Shown here piece after piece: positions 14,761 through 31,741 of a DNA stretch of 64,000 nucleotides. The DNA comes from Chrysomallon squamiferum. Its lineage: Eukaryota > Animalia > Mollusca. The position numbers and the translations under genes are program-made. The notes beneath the pieces are model-generated. The model saw nothing but the letters and a program-made list of their open reading frames with translations, ran no database searches and was not told where the DNA came from. Positions within the stretch are counted from its first letter, which is position 1. Each line of letters begins with the position of its first letter. The stretch lies in assembly GCA_012295275.1 (NCBI GenBank), contig CM022676.1:4650001-4714000 (forward strand), given 5' to 3'.

Positions 14761-15892
14761 GTGTTGTATATTAATGATAAAGTGGAAAGATTTAGTTTCC
14801 ATTCCGTTCCGTGAAAGATTAATTCGATCTTTCGTAGCTGCTGCATAATTTCTGGGACGTGGTTACAGCGGTGTGGAAATAGGGACAAATGGATGTGTAC
14901 GTTGACAAACGGACGTATGTACTGACAGACGGGGACAAAAGCAGTGACATGCGACAGTATTATTTTTAGTATTATTATTTTACATAGATGCATATATGCG
15001 TGTGCGTGCGTGTGTTTACGAGTGTTTGTGATTGTGTATATCCATGTATGTTTATTTGTATGTATATATGTATGTATGTATGGGAATGTGTATATGTATA
15101 TATGTACGTATGTATTTATGTATGTATGTATGTATAAATGTATGTATGTATGTAGGTGTGTGTATGTACATATCTGTGTGTATGAATATTTCACCAGCCT
15201 TCGTTTCTATTCGTTTCTCTTCACTTTTGATCCGCAAAAAATTATTTTCGTCAAACTCCGTCAACAATCGTAACACAACGCTTACATTAGTGTTCTTCGG
15301 AACCTTTCGTTACTCGGCGTCACAACGTTTCAACTGATCCTCTCGATCTGTCAGATACGTCACAGTGACGATAAAGCAGGCGATTACGTCAGAGCAGGTT
15401 TCAAACGGCTGCAAGTCGCGGTCCGTAACAACCATACAAATATTTGCAGTAAAATAACCCCAGCTATGGTAACCGGGTTTGTTACAAACTTGCACTGTTT
15501 GCTCGATGTGTTTACAAATATTGAATTTGGCGAATTGCAAAACGGGGTAATTTTGTCCTGTTGAATGCAACGGCACGTTTTAAGACCCCCGCTAGTTTCC
15601 AGTGTGTGCCGATAACGTCTTACGTTCTGTTGGAGTTCGTTATACGAAGACGCGGTTTTAACACCGGCCAAGACGTAAAAAAAAAATGTGGAAGTTTTGG
15701 AAAACTACCTTAGGGGGCATGTAATTAATTATAATCGAGAATTTAATTAAACGTTTAGAGAAATTTTATGTTTCTTAGAGATTCCGGGGAAAAGAAAAGA
15801 ATTAAGAATGGATTTTTTTTTTTGTTTTTTTTATTTTATTATTATTATGATCTTGTTTGTATCCTTATTTATTTATTCATTCAGTCATGCAT

Positions 15893-15927
<35 letters not shown>

Positions 15928-16066
15928 CTGCCATTTGTTTTGTTTTGTTCCCTTTGTTTAATTGTTAATGTTGTGGTATTTGCATTCGCTGCCAGTATTA
16001 TAATCATAATAATAACAATAACAATAACAAAATCAATAACAAGAACAATAATAGTAGTAGTAGTAA

Positions 16067-16100
<34 letters not shown>

Positions 16101-17314
16101 TGGTGGTGGTGTTGTTGTGCTATAGTAATAAGCGATTAATCTTCTACAGTTGTATATTAGTATAAGACTATACTAATTTTAAAGACTAGTTTGTCAAAAA
16201 GAATTAAAAATAACTGTTTAATTGCAATACAAATTATTAAAGATTGCTCGATTATAATTCTAAGTCACCTAGAAACGATCAGAATCGATAGAAGAACAGT
16301 TAATTGATTCTAACTGTAGATTCATTCAGTTAATATAAATTTTCTAAAACTTACATTTATAAAATTCAGTAATCTACTGTAATCGATAAAAGGTCATTCG
16401 CTGCGTAATAATTATCAACAGAAATTAATCGATGAATTAATCAGCGATTAATTCAGTTAAACGATTATAAATTCTTTTAACGCTGAATACGATTAAATGT
16501 GCCTGCAAATGCGACTGCTTGTTTAATTTATGTTGGCGAAGATTTATTCATTTCTAAATCGATGAATTTTTTTTTTCTTTCTTTCTTGCTTTCTTTAAAT
16601 TTGCTTTTCTTAATTTTATTTCTCTCTTTCTCGTTTTCATTCTTCTTCTGCTCCTTGATTTTTCTTTTCTTTCTGTTGCACTTCAATTAATGCAACGCAC
16701 GTACGTTTGGGACTCAACAAATTGTCAGATTCCACGCTCAGTCGCAGATAGCATTCAACCTCCACAGAATCTCCGTTCCAACAGGAGAAATAAAAAGAAA
16801 AAAAAATTATGTCTCATTAATTTGAATTTGTGATAGCGAAAAGCCGAGATTTCTCGCGTTATCTCGCATATACTTGCTTCATACTATAAACCAGTTCGCA
16901 GTAATAGGATTTCATGTCTGGTCCGACTGATTCTCTGTCCGTATTGATGTCTTGATAATACCAATACCGCAGACGCGCGGGGAACTCATAAAAATAAAAA
17001 AATAAAAAAGAAGAAGAAGAAGAAGAGAAAAGTTAATAGCCATTGAGATTGTTGCGCTTTTATTATTTATTTTCGTATTCATGACCAGTTGGTGGTTTCA
17101 ACGACTGAAAGCAGAATTGTGGAGAGTAATCACTTCTACGTCCGCGTCTTTTTTTTTGCCTGCCTCCGTCCATAACGTTCTGATAATGACGTCATGGCAG
17201 AGGTAAGAGTGCGTCAGTTCGTTGAGTTAATCTGTAGTCATTCTCGTTACTTGTTCGACAAGATTTCTCTTCCAAATTGACATGAAACGAGAGATTTTAT
17301 TATTATTTTTTTAA

Positions 17315-17335
17315 TTCTTCTTCTTCTTCTTCTTC

Positions 17336-17388
<53 letters not shown>

Positions 17389-18058
17389 TATTATTATTGT
17401 TTCTATTATTATTATACATATATATATATATATATATAGAATAAAATATTTTTCAGTTAATACTACTACTACTGCTACTACTACTACTATTACTACTATG
17501 ACTACTATTACTGCTGCTGCTACTGCTACTACAACTACTGCTACTACTACTACTGCTACTACAACTACTGCTACTACTACTACTGCAGCTATTACTACCA
17601 CTGTTATCAATTTGGGTTGGGTGTTTTCATCGGTTCCATTTTATTTATTTTTTTTAACTCTTATTCTTTTTTTTATTTATTTTTTTTATTTTTTTTTTTT
17701 TTTTTTTTTTTTTTTCTGTAAGATACCGTATTCAATGGTCTCCAAGTAATAAAATATTTATAAAAAGAAAAAAAATACTTTTCTTCATTTACATATAAAT
17801 CTCGGGATATCTATATCAACACACTTTGGGTAAGTGTAAACAGCTTAATCACACACGCTACAAACAAATATTGAATCGCTTGTTTCTGTTTCACATGAAG
17901 CCATTTATCAAATTTACAAACAGTGATAAATGCAAAGCTATTTTTCTAAACAAAACGAGTATAGACACTGAGAAAACACATTTTGTGCAAATGTCAAGAA
18001 AGAAGAAAAAAAGACGGTTTGAGTAATTCTGTATCTATCAATCTAGCTTTCTATTTAT

Positions 18059-18132
<74 letters not shown>

Positions 18133-18800
18133 CTATATATATATATATATATATATAATGTGTGTGTGTGTGTGTCTCTGTATGTTTGTCTATATATCTC
18201 TCGAACACATACACACACACACACACATATATATACATATACAAACACATAAACATATGTATACACACACACACTCACACATACACATAGACATACATAC
18301 AAAAGCACACACACACACAGATATATACACACACACACACATATATATAAACACACATACATATGTACACACACACACATAGACATACATACACAAACAC
18401 ACACACACACACATACATATCTACACAAACACGCTCACACACATACACACAAGCATACACGCTGAAGTATAACAATACCATTCTAATTTGCATCAGTGGG
18501 TCATTGTCCGGTGATATGAATAAACAACCCCAAGCCTCTGTCGTTCTTCTGGCATGTAGCAGAACGGGTTGGGGTTTCATTATCATCAACTTCGACTCCA
18601 CCTGTGAGTGGCATTACTTTATTAATAATAAATGACCTCGGTCATCCCGATTTTTAATTATTTTCTTAACGAGGTCAAACGATTTACGCGAAACGGACAT
18701 GTCGGCGTACTGGCAATTTGGAACATCTCCAGAATTCGTAATTACATGCAGAGTTTATCCGATGATGATGATAATGATGATGATGATGATGATGATGATG

Positions 18801-18835
<35 letters not shown>

Positions 18836-18875
18836 TATAATAATAATAATAACAATTACAATAATAATAATAATA

Positions 18876-18930
<55 letters not shown>

Positions 18931-19296
18931 GTAGTAGTAATAATGATGATGGTGATAATAATAATAATAATAATAATAATATCGTTGTTAGTTTAATTAT
19001 TATCATCAACATCAACATCGTCATCATTATCCACGTCATCGTTAAAATATTGTTGTTGTTGATATTGTTTTGTGGTTCTTATAAACTGTTATTATGTAGT
19101 AGTAGTAGTAGTAGTAGTAGCAGTAGTTGTCATAGTGGTAACAGAAACAGCATTATTGTTGTTCTGATTGTTATAATTGCTAGTTGTAGTAGTAGTAGTA
19201 GCTGCAGCAGCAGTAGTAGTAGTACTCGTAGGAGTAATACTTGTTGAAGTTTTTTTTTTTTTTTTTTTTTATCATAGTCGTCATCATCGTCAATAG

Positions 19297-19356
<60 letters not shown>

Positions 19357-19808
19357 CATCATCATCATCATCATTATCATCATTATTAATGAGCGAGTTC
19401 ACGACAGGACAAAGCGGCCTAGTTAAAGAAGTGCAACACTTAATAACACACAGAAGAAGAAAGAAAAAAAAAGAGTAAATTACTTTTTCTACCTCCAGGA
19501 CAGAAGAGTGACTGACGCGCAGACGGTCAGAACTGCTACAGGCCGTTTCTTTTCGACGCCATTTTTATCCGATTTTGCAAATACTCTGACGGATTTCAAA
19601 GATGTCCGCCAGTGTCTTGTTGACAAATCTCGGTATCTGGGTCACTCAGTGGCGTTCTAGGCTAGATTATAGCTCTCTTTCTTTTCTTTTTTTTCTTTTA
19701 ATTCGTTTTAATTGGTTTCGTTTTGGTCCGGTTCTGGTTTTGATTTCGTGGTCAATTTTTTTTTTTTTTTTGCGTAAGGGTGATGTGGTTGCTTGATTAT
19801 ATTTTATT

Positions 19809-19843
<35 letters not shown>

Positions 19844-20062
19844 TTAATTATTATTATTATTATTATTATTTTTTTTATTATTATCATTATTATTATCATC
19901 ATCATCATCATTTATTATTAATATATTTTATCATTATTATTATTATTATCAATATTATTATCATCTTTATCATTATTATTATTAATATTATTATCATCAT
20001 CATATTTATTAATATTATTATTATCATTATTATTATCACCGTTATCATGATAATTACTAATA

Positions 20063-20120
<58 letters not shown>

Positions 20121-20400
20121 AAATTGTTGTTGTTATTGTTGTTGTTCTTATCATTATTAATGATATGTTGGTGATGATCAACAATGTATATAAACAATGA
20201 TGATGATAATTATAGACATCGTGGTAATAATGATAACTATTTATCATAATAATTATGACGAGGATGATGATGATGATGATGACGGAATGGTGTCATATTC
20301 AAGATAATGACGATGATGATGATAATGGCGGGATAGTTTATATCTACAACTATTACAATAACAGTGACGATGATGAAGACGTGTATATACATGTCACTGG
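17315..20400. repeat. Compound trinucleotide and dinucleotide microsatellite block ((ATT),(ACT),(TC),(CA),(GAT),(AAT),(TAG)) with short unique inserts
   Basis: Direct reading. Confidence 0.95.
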
Positions 20401-21162
20401 TGATGCTGTATTGATGACTGTAATTACGACGACGGAGACGATAATGATGATGTTGTCACGATAACGGTGATGAAGTAATGATAGGGAGAAAGAAAAAAAA
20501 AACGATATAGATACCAGTTTAACTTCTAATAGTAACGTTTCAAATTTAGCTGTGCTCGAAACCACAAATACATCAGCGCGAAAATAGAGTGTATGAGATA
20601 AAGATTGATCAGAGACTAAAAATAGAGGCAGACGATAAACCAGCACGTGACGACTGCAATTAAGCGTGGTGGCTATTACAGTCACGTGATTTAACATTTC
20701 TCGTGATTTTTTTTTTTTTTTTTTTTTTATTGCTTAGTCACAACGTCCAGTTGTGTAATTGTCTTGCACTGTCTGAACTATGACGTTGGTAACGTTTATG
20801 TTAACATCGTTTTCGGATCAGTTTGTGTTTACTGAAGAGATGAATGGGGTGTCTTGTGGTTGGTTGTTTGTTTGTTTGCTTGCTGTTGGTTGGTTGGTTA
20901 GTCGGTTTTGTCTTTGAGACAGTTTGAAAGTTTACTGATTTTTTTTTTTTTTTTTTTTATTTTTTCAATTTATTTGATTTTTTTAATTATTATTGTTATT
21001 GTTATTTTATTTTGTTGTTGTTGTTTGATTTTTTTAATTTATTTATTTATTTATTAAAATAAAAATATATTTTTTATATTCTTTTATTTATTTATTAATT
21101 TTTTATTATTATGTTGTTTTTGTTGTTGTTTTCTTTGTTTTGTTTTTATTTTGCTTTGATAT

Positions 21163-21239
<77 letters not shown>

Positions 21240-22189
21240 TCTCTCTGGCTCGCTGAAGAACTGATTAAGTAATAAACCGCCAACGTTTGTGTGTATTTTG
21301 ATAGCTTTGTGTCGAATTAGCAGTTTAATGTTTTGTGTGTCATACAAAATAATTTCCTGTCCAGACAAAACATTTCTTTTCAGAGAGGAAATTCGAAATT
21401 TAATTTCTTTCATTTTTCTTTAATTTCTTTTTTTTTCTTTTTTTTTTTTTTTTTCTTTGTTTCTTTTTTTTGTTAGCAGTATTGAAAACGGTACCAAGAA
21501 AATGTCGTTCAGGTTATTCACGTGTTTTTAATTTCATCAGAAGAAAGGTCAGAATAGATTTCACTGATTAAGAACGACAAAAAAAAATTACATTTTTTTT
21601 TTTATATATAAAGTACAGGAAAGACGGTGATAGGATTTACGGACGAATAGATGAATGGATGGATGGCTGAAGCAATGATAGATAAACCAATGGAAGGAAG
21701 GATGGATGGATGGATGGATGAATGAATGAAGGAAAGACATTAGGGAGGGAAGAATAAATTGATAGACATACGTAGAGATGGGTGTATGGGATAGATGTAT
21801 GGAGGGATGGGGAAGGGGAGTTTTGGATGAATAAATCGATGGAGGAATGAATGAAAGGAGAAGAGAAAGAATAAACTGATGGACGGATGGAGAGGTAGGA
21901 ACTGACGGAAGAATGGAATAATAATAATAGGATGGATGTATACAGAGATAGATGAATTGGTGACTAAATGGATGAAAAGATAAAACTGATGACGTGTCGA
22001 TATATATATATATATATATACAAAGTGATCAATACACAACAATACATCAAATTATTACCAGTCGATGAATTAGGGACACAAGGAACACATAGATGGACAT
22101 ACTGACAAATTAGAATACACATTTGTGAAATTTGTCTCCCTGTTGTGATAACAACAGAGCAGTGATGAAGCAAACCTGCAGTCAAAACA

Positions 22190-22376
22190 GTTTTACGTCA
22201 TAACAGGCCAGTGACGTGATAGGGCAATGTAGTTTAGTACATTTTCGTCACAGCAGGCATAAAGCAATGTTAGTTTATGAGAGGCCAGAGAAGAAAAAAA
22301 AAAAAAAAGAAATCATGTCATTATAAAACAATCACGCATTATTGTCAATATAATTTAAATTTATATTTTTATATTT

Positions 22377-22419
<43 letters not shown>

Positions 22420-23220
22420 CTTAATTATTTATTTATTTTAATTTAATTTTTTAATATGGTAAAAAAGTAGTGTTATAAAGGTTTACGTCATGAGAGCCGA
22501 ATAATGGGAAACATTTATGTTGTCATGACAATTCATCTTAAATATACCAAATAACGAATTAAACTGTGGTATGTTACGTAACGAAAGTCAATAAGGTGCC
22601 AGCCAGTGTTGTCATACTTTTACGTCATAACAGGCTAATAACGACACGACTTTACGTCACGATAGGTCACTTACGATGGAAGTCGTCTGTGTCACAAATT
22701 TACGTCATAACAGGCTAATAACGACACGACTTTACGTCACGATAGATCACTTACGATAGAAGTCATAACAGGCGAGAGACAGCACATGTCATAAAAGTTA
22801 TGTTACGGCACGAAGCATCTCTGTAATAAATGTACGTCATAACAGGCAAGCAACGGTACAAGCCTATGCTATTTATATGTGTCAGAACAGGACAATAACC
22901 ATACAACCCTGTTTATCGTACAATCATAGTTTATGACACGTGAATAATAATCGATCAGTTACAAATTTACGTAATAACAGGCCGCTGACGACAGAAGCCT
23001 GTACCATAACCGTTTTACGTCATAACAGACCTATAAAGGCAGAAACCAGAATCACCACGACAAAAAAAAACACACGTCAAAACAGATCGTTAAGGAGCAA
23101 GACAGTATTATTGCAATTAACGTCTCAATAAAAACGACAAAGCAGCGATGTTATAATTATATACATCACAGCAAGCCAATAAAGGAACACACTATAATAA
23201 AAATATATATATACGTCAAG
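22190..23220. repeat. Degenerate minisatellite with TTTACGTCATAACAGGC core (~45-50 bp period in its distal half), containing an 80-bp-period near-perfect duplication
   Basis: Core at ~22192, 22619, 22699, 22833, 22966 and 23013, with weaker copies at ~22242, 22482, 23073, 23162 and 23211. 22619-22684 and 22699-22764 differ at 2 positions. Confidence 0.8.
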
Positions 23221-23603
23221 AGTCTAGAGACAGGTTAAACCAGTACAGCCTAAACTACTGCTCTCGTCGATGGCTGTAATTCTTCTACGAGAAACACACG
23301 TATTTCCGAGCTATCGATTCGTCACTGCTGGGCTCGATAAACCGTTTGACAGGCGCACCAGATTCTGACATCACGAAGCGCGAGAATGCTGAGCAGTTAT
23401 GACTGTTTCTCGGTCCATCGGAATCAAGCGAATTGAACAATTGCAGCGGAATGGTGTTAAAGAACCTGTTAAAAGCGCCAACGTTCTGAAAATAGCTTTA
23501 TAACGGTTTTAATCGTGTCGCCTGACTGAGAATAGCAGACTCTCGGTTCGAATCTCAGAAACGGAATACATTTTTTTTTTATTATTTATTATTATTTTTG
23601 TTG

Positions 23604-23634
<31 letters not shown>

Positions 23635-24258
23635 TATTATCAACATCATTATCATTATTATTGCTACCATTATTATCATTATTATTATTATTATTATTAT
23701 CATCATCATCATCATCATCATCGTCATCATCATCATTATTATTATTATTACGACGTCTGGTAAAATAGCCAGACATTACTCCTGCGACAAACGGAAGTCG
23801 CTTTTCCTGCGCATGCTTCGGCACTCAGACGGGCTTTCCGTATGCTCTTTGCATGGTAATCGCGTTGCCCTTAGCAACGTTCCACGAAACAAAACGAAAT
23901 CTCATCAATATGGGAGATCGGTAACTCAGTCGAAATCAGATTCATTAATTTATTCAAGTATCCAGTGAGAACGATCTGTTTTTTTTCATCTACAACAAAT
24001 ATAACCTATAACTCTGGGACAGCCGGGAGATCAATGCGATTGGATGTTATGACAGGACAACCCATCACGCTTATTGGCTATCCAATTATGTTCTCGGACA
24101 GACCGATTACGAATGTGGAGCGATCGTGAATAAAAAAATGTAGGCTTTATTTTATCCATCTGAATCCACTTCGTGTGTATCTGTCTTTAAATTTTCCATT
24201 GTTTCTTGTCTGACTATCTATCTGTCTGTTTGTACGTGTGTGTGTGTGTGTGTTTGTG

Positions 24259-24294
<36 letters not shown>

Positions 24295-25073
24295 GATATA
24301 TATATAACAATTTTTTGGTGATTCCCGTAAGGAAATAATCTATTTAAAACAACAAGAAACAAACAAATTGTCGTTTAATACAACGAACAACAGAAACAAT
24401 TTTTTAAACGACCTAGCATTTTTTGCGCAAATGGACATCAGCTTACGAGCCAAAAAAAAAAAAAGAAAAAAAGAAAAAGAAAAAGCAAAATCTTTTGACA
24501 ACCGCACACATTACCACCGGAAATGATGTGACATTATGGATTTTTTTTATTTTTTTTTATTTTTTTTATTTTTTTATTTCTTCTTTATTTTTATTTTCCT
24601 TCTCCTTCTGAAAGCTCTTCATTCTGTCTGGTCGAAGCTGGCTCATTTTAGCGTTGTTTTCTTTTGGCTAAATAACCTTGGATTCCATTAGTGAAAAAAA
24701 GCTACTTGATTTTGCCAATACTAAACCGGCTTAGGGATGCATTACAGTCTCGTGAAAACTAGGTGTCGCTTAGATCTGCAGACGTGAAAAGTGTGATTTG
24801 GAAACGAAAATGGATTTTGTTGTTATTATTATTATTAATATTATTATTATTATCTTCTTTTTTTTTTCTTTTTTTTTAACGTCCAACATACTGAAAATAA
24901 CAAGGGCATGTATATAAATTTATATCATAACCATAGCAACACTGTTTCTTTTATCAGGACAGTGTATGTAAATATGTAACCTATGTGTATTCATTTGATA
25001 TACATAGTTGTTGGCGTGTTTTGTCTGTGTGTATGTGTGTCTGTGTATGTGGATGTGTGTATGTGTTTGTATG

Positions 25074-25110
<37 letters not shown>

Positions 25111-26903
25111 ATATATGTTAGTGTGTGTGTGGATGTGTGTATATATGTATCAATGAATATGCATGTGTATATGTGTGTATATGTGTATGCATGTACGTAC
25201 ATAAGTACATCAAATAGCAAATTTATAATGTTTTACAAGAGCAACACAAATAATGATAACAACATCAAGAACAGCAATAGCAGTAATAAATGTGATGATG
25301 ATGATCATCATCATGATTAATTAAATAAATAAATAAATAAATAAATGAATCCAGTTCGATCCCAAATTCAGAATTTATTTTTCTTTCTTTCATAAAAAAC
25401 ATAATTGAAACTCGTTGTATATCCGAATTCATTAATCTTAAAAGAAAAACACAAAAAAAAAAAAGAAGAAAAAAGAAAAATAAAGATGGAAGAAAAAGTT
25501 GAAGAAAAAGTTGAAGAAAAAGTTGAAGAAAATATTCTTTTGCTGCATTTTGAACACACAGCCTCCCATAGAGCGACCATTGATTTCTTCTTTCAGATGA
25601 TAATTACACACAAAAAAAAAAAAACACGAACGAATAACGAATGCTCGTAAATATTAGAATATTTTTAATAGCTGATTATTCCTTGATAAATGAACGGTTT
25701 TGTGAGCATGTCGCTCAACATACGTAAGGGGTCTTTTATTTCAGAGTTGCTTACGTCAGTTTAAAGTAATCACAAAGTTCGTTGACCTAAAGATAAAGGA
25801 AAGACAGTTAGTTAAGGAGAGATGTAGATTATAGACAGCGTTTGCCGTTATTGAACGTAAAGGTTAAATGTACTGATTGATAGAAATTAATCTTAAATAG
25901 AGATTTTTTTAATAGTATGCATTGTGATATTACTTCTCTATCCATCTGTCTATCTATATTTTTTGGGGGGGGGATTCTTTCGTTCTATCTCATTCTTATT
26001 TTTTCTTCCGTCTATTTCTCGTTCTTTCTCTCTTTCTCTCTTAATTTCATTTTAATTTTCCATCAGTCTGTATATTTATTTTCTTTCTGTCAATTTTCTT
26101 TCTCTGTCTAACTTTTTTTGGGTCTTTCTATCTATATATGCTTCTATCTATCTCTCTATCTCTCAAAATCATTTTTTGTGTATTCGCAAATATACACACA
26201 CACACACATATATGTGTGTACGTCTGTACGTATATATTTAAACGTTATAACACATATATATATATATATGTACGTCTGTGTGTATATGTTTCTGTATGCC
26301 TGTGGTCTAACTAGAAGTATTTACTCTTTCTTTATCACTTTAAATAGACACAAATATTTCCAGTAAAAACATACACACTTATCATTTACAAATATCATTA
26401 ATATCTGACAAAAAAATAAATAACAACCGACGTAACCAAAAAATAAAAAAATAAACAAAAATGACTGTATTTCGCACAGGCGCCGTAATAATAATAATAG
26501 AAATAACATTTAAACATCAGAGATTTTCTAAATGGTGAAACACTTTTTTTGCAGGGTTATTAGAACCGTTTTACTCGTTGTGTATATCACAAGTGTTATG
26601 GAATCCCAGAACATTACCCAGTGAAAATAAATAACGACTAACATTCATTGCCAAAGACCAGACCGATATATCTCAGTTTATTCCACGCGTTTGTTTTGAT
26701 TTATTTAACCTGAAGTGTCGACGCGTCTTCCTAAAGTATTTAATGTAAATATACTGCATGTGCCATATAGCGTTTACTCAACAAAACAAAACAATATATA
26801 TATGTATATATATACACATTTAAAACAAAACAAAAAAACACTTCCCTAACATCCTCATTCGATAAAAGATAAAGTAACAGCAGCAACAAGAACAACAATA
26901 ATA

Positions 26904-26942
<39 letters not shown>

Positions 26943-27362
26943 GATATAAACATTAAACAAATTATATATGTATGTATATATGTGTGTATGTATGTATGTG
27001 TATGTGTGTTTATATATATAATGTGTATATGCGTGTATGTATGCATCTGTATTTATGTATGTGTGCGTGTGTATATGTATATATATATATGTATGTATGT
27101 CTTTATGTTTGCATGTACGTATGTATGTATGTACATATGTATTTATGTATTTGTGCATGTATGTATGTATGTATGTATGTATGTATGTGTGTGTGTATAT
27201 AATTGATGTGTGTATATGTGTGTTCCGCAAATTCATCTTATTTTCCACTGCAGTACGGTAAAATTCTGTTCAATACATCTAGTTTCCTAAATTTTACTTT
27301 CTCGCTGTATTCATAACTGTAACCAGACCTTCAGCTGCATATTATTATTAATATTATCATCA

Positions 27363-27420
<58 letters not shown>

Positions 27421-27953
27421 GACAGGGCAAGCTCAGTGCCTGCCAGAGCAGTTGATTTAATAACATTAATCGAAAAGGTAATATTTATTCCGACGCCATG
27501 TTTGTTCCGTTTCTAAATCCGGACCAATCACATATCGGGACAGTTCCCCGAGGCGCGCACTTCGACTCACGTCAGGTAGCAAAACCAATTGTAATTTTTA
27601 TTTTTCTCGTATTAACGCCGTCACCTCGCTAGACCGGCATCGGTGTCATAACTGTTTTCCGACAGAAGCCGCGGCCGAGGCCGAGGCCCTCCCGTGAAGC
27701 GCATCAAAATGCCTGGACCGCAGTTGAGGTTAGGCAGAGCCGGGCTAGAAGAATATTTATTGCGAATTACGATAGACAATGACGTTATCGATTTGTCGAC
27801 GAACTCATGTCCTTGGTGACAGGCTCAGGAGAAATCGGTTTAGATAGCAAATGGTGTTTCCCTTCGCCTTTTCGTCTGGATGCGGTTAACAGCTAGTTAT
27901 TTCCTCCTTTATATTGTGACGCTCCTCATTCGGAGGAAGAAAACTAGATTTGG

Positions 27954-28016
27954 TTACTTCTTTCAGAATATTTCTATTCTATTACTTCTTTCAGAATATT
28001 TCTATTCTATTACTTC
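27954..28016. repeat. Perfect 28-bp tandem duplication
   Basis: TTTCAGAATATTTCTATTCTATTACTTC at 27961 and 27989, preceded by a TTACTTC microhomology. Confidence 0.95.
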
Positions 28017-28100
28017 GTTGTATTTTTTTTTAGTATTTTTTTGTTTTTTTTTTTTTTTTTTATTTCATTCATTCATTCATTCATTTAGTTATTTAATTAG

Positions 28101-28131
<31 letters not shown>

Positions 28132-28460
28132 GTTATTTAATTATTTAGTTATTTCGTTATTTACTTACTTATTCTTTTGTTGATTATCTGTAACTTCATT
28201 TGCATCCTTTTTTCCCTTTTTTTTGTTGTTTTTCTTTGCTCTAAAATTGGCTCGTGAAGTCATGAATTACGTCTTAATTAATGATTAATTATTGTAAAAC
28301 ATTTCTCTTTTTTAAGGGTCTCAGTCTATATATCCATTTAATTATTTATCTGTATATCTAACGATGTGTTTATCTATCTATCTCTCTGAATGTATTATGT
28401 CTGTCTGTCTACCTACCTATCTATGTATCTACCTAAATTGTATGTATAATTATATCTTGA

Positions 28461-31355
<2,895 letters not shown>

Positions 31356-31741
31356 CACTCCGGCCTTTTTTTTTTTCCTATTTTATTTCTTATTCCTTTC
31401 GTTTCTTTTATTATTCTTTCTTTTGTGCTTTTCTTAATTTATTTATTTATTCATTTATTCATTATTTTTGAAAAAAAACGTTAACGAAATAAAGAAATAG
31501 GCCTACAGATTCAATAAACTAAAAAAAAACCCTTGGTTAAAATATATATACCTCAATGCTTAATGTTCGTTTCTGAAGAGTGCAAGACTATAGGATCGGT
31601 TCTTCATTATGCCTCTACTGGTTTAACGTCCGTTCCAACCAAAGCTCCAGAACTAGTTTCTCAAATTCCCGCACATCTATTTTCACATCTGTGAGAAGGT
31701 TTATTATCAAAATATTGCTTCCTGCTAATTAAAAATAGATA

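Noticed and set aside
19558-19570. GCCATTTTTATC resembles the 5' part of molluscan miR-1985 as I recall it
   Set aside because: The sequence diverges after 12 nt and there is no hairpin; better explained as a YY1-like motif or chance.
25405-25650. Charged ORF with (EEKV)n
   Set aside because: Arises from a 12-bp repeat GAAGAAAAAGTT and poly-A runs; no splice or homology support.
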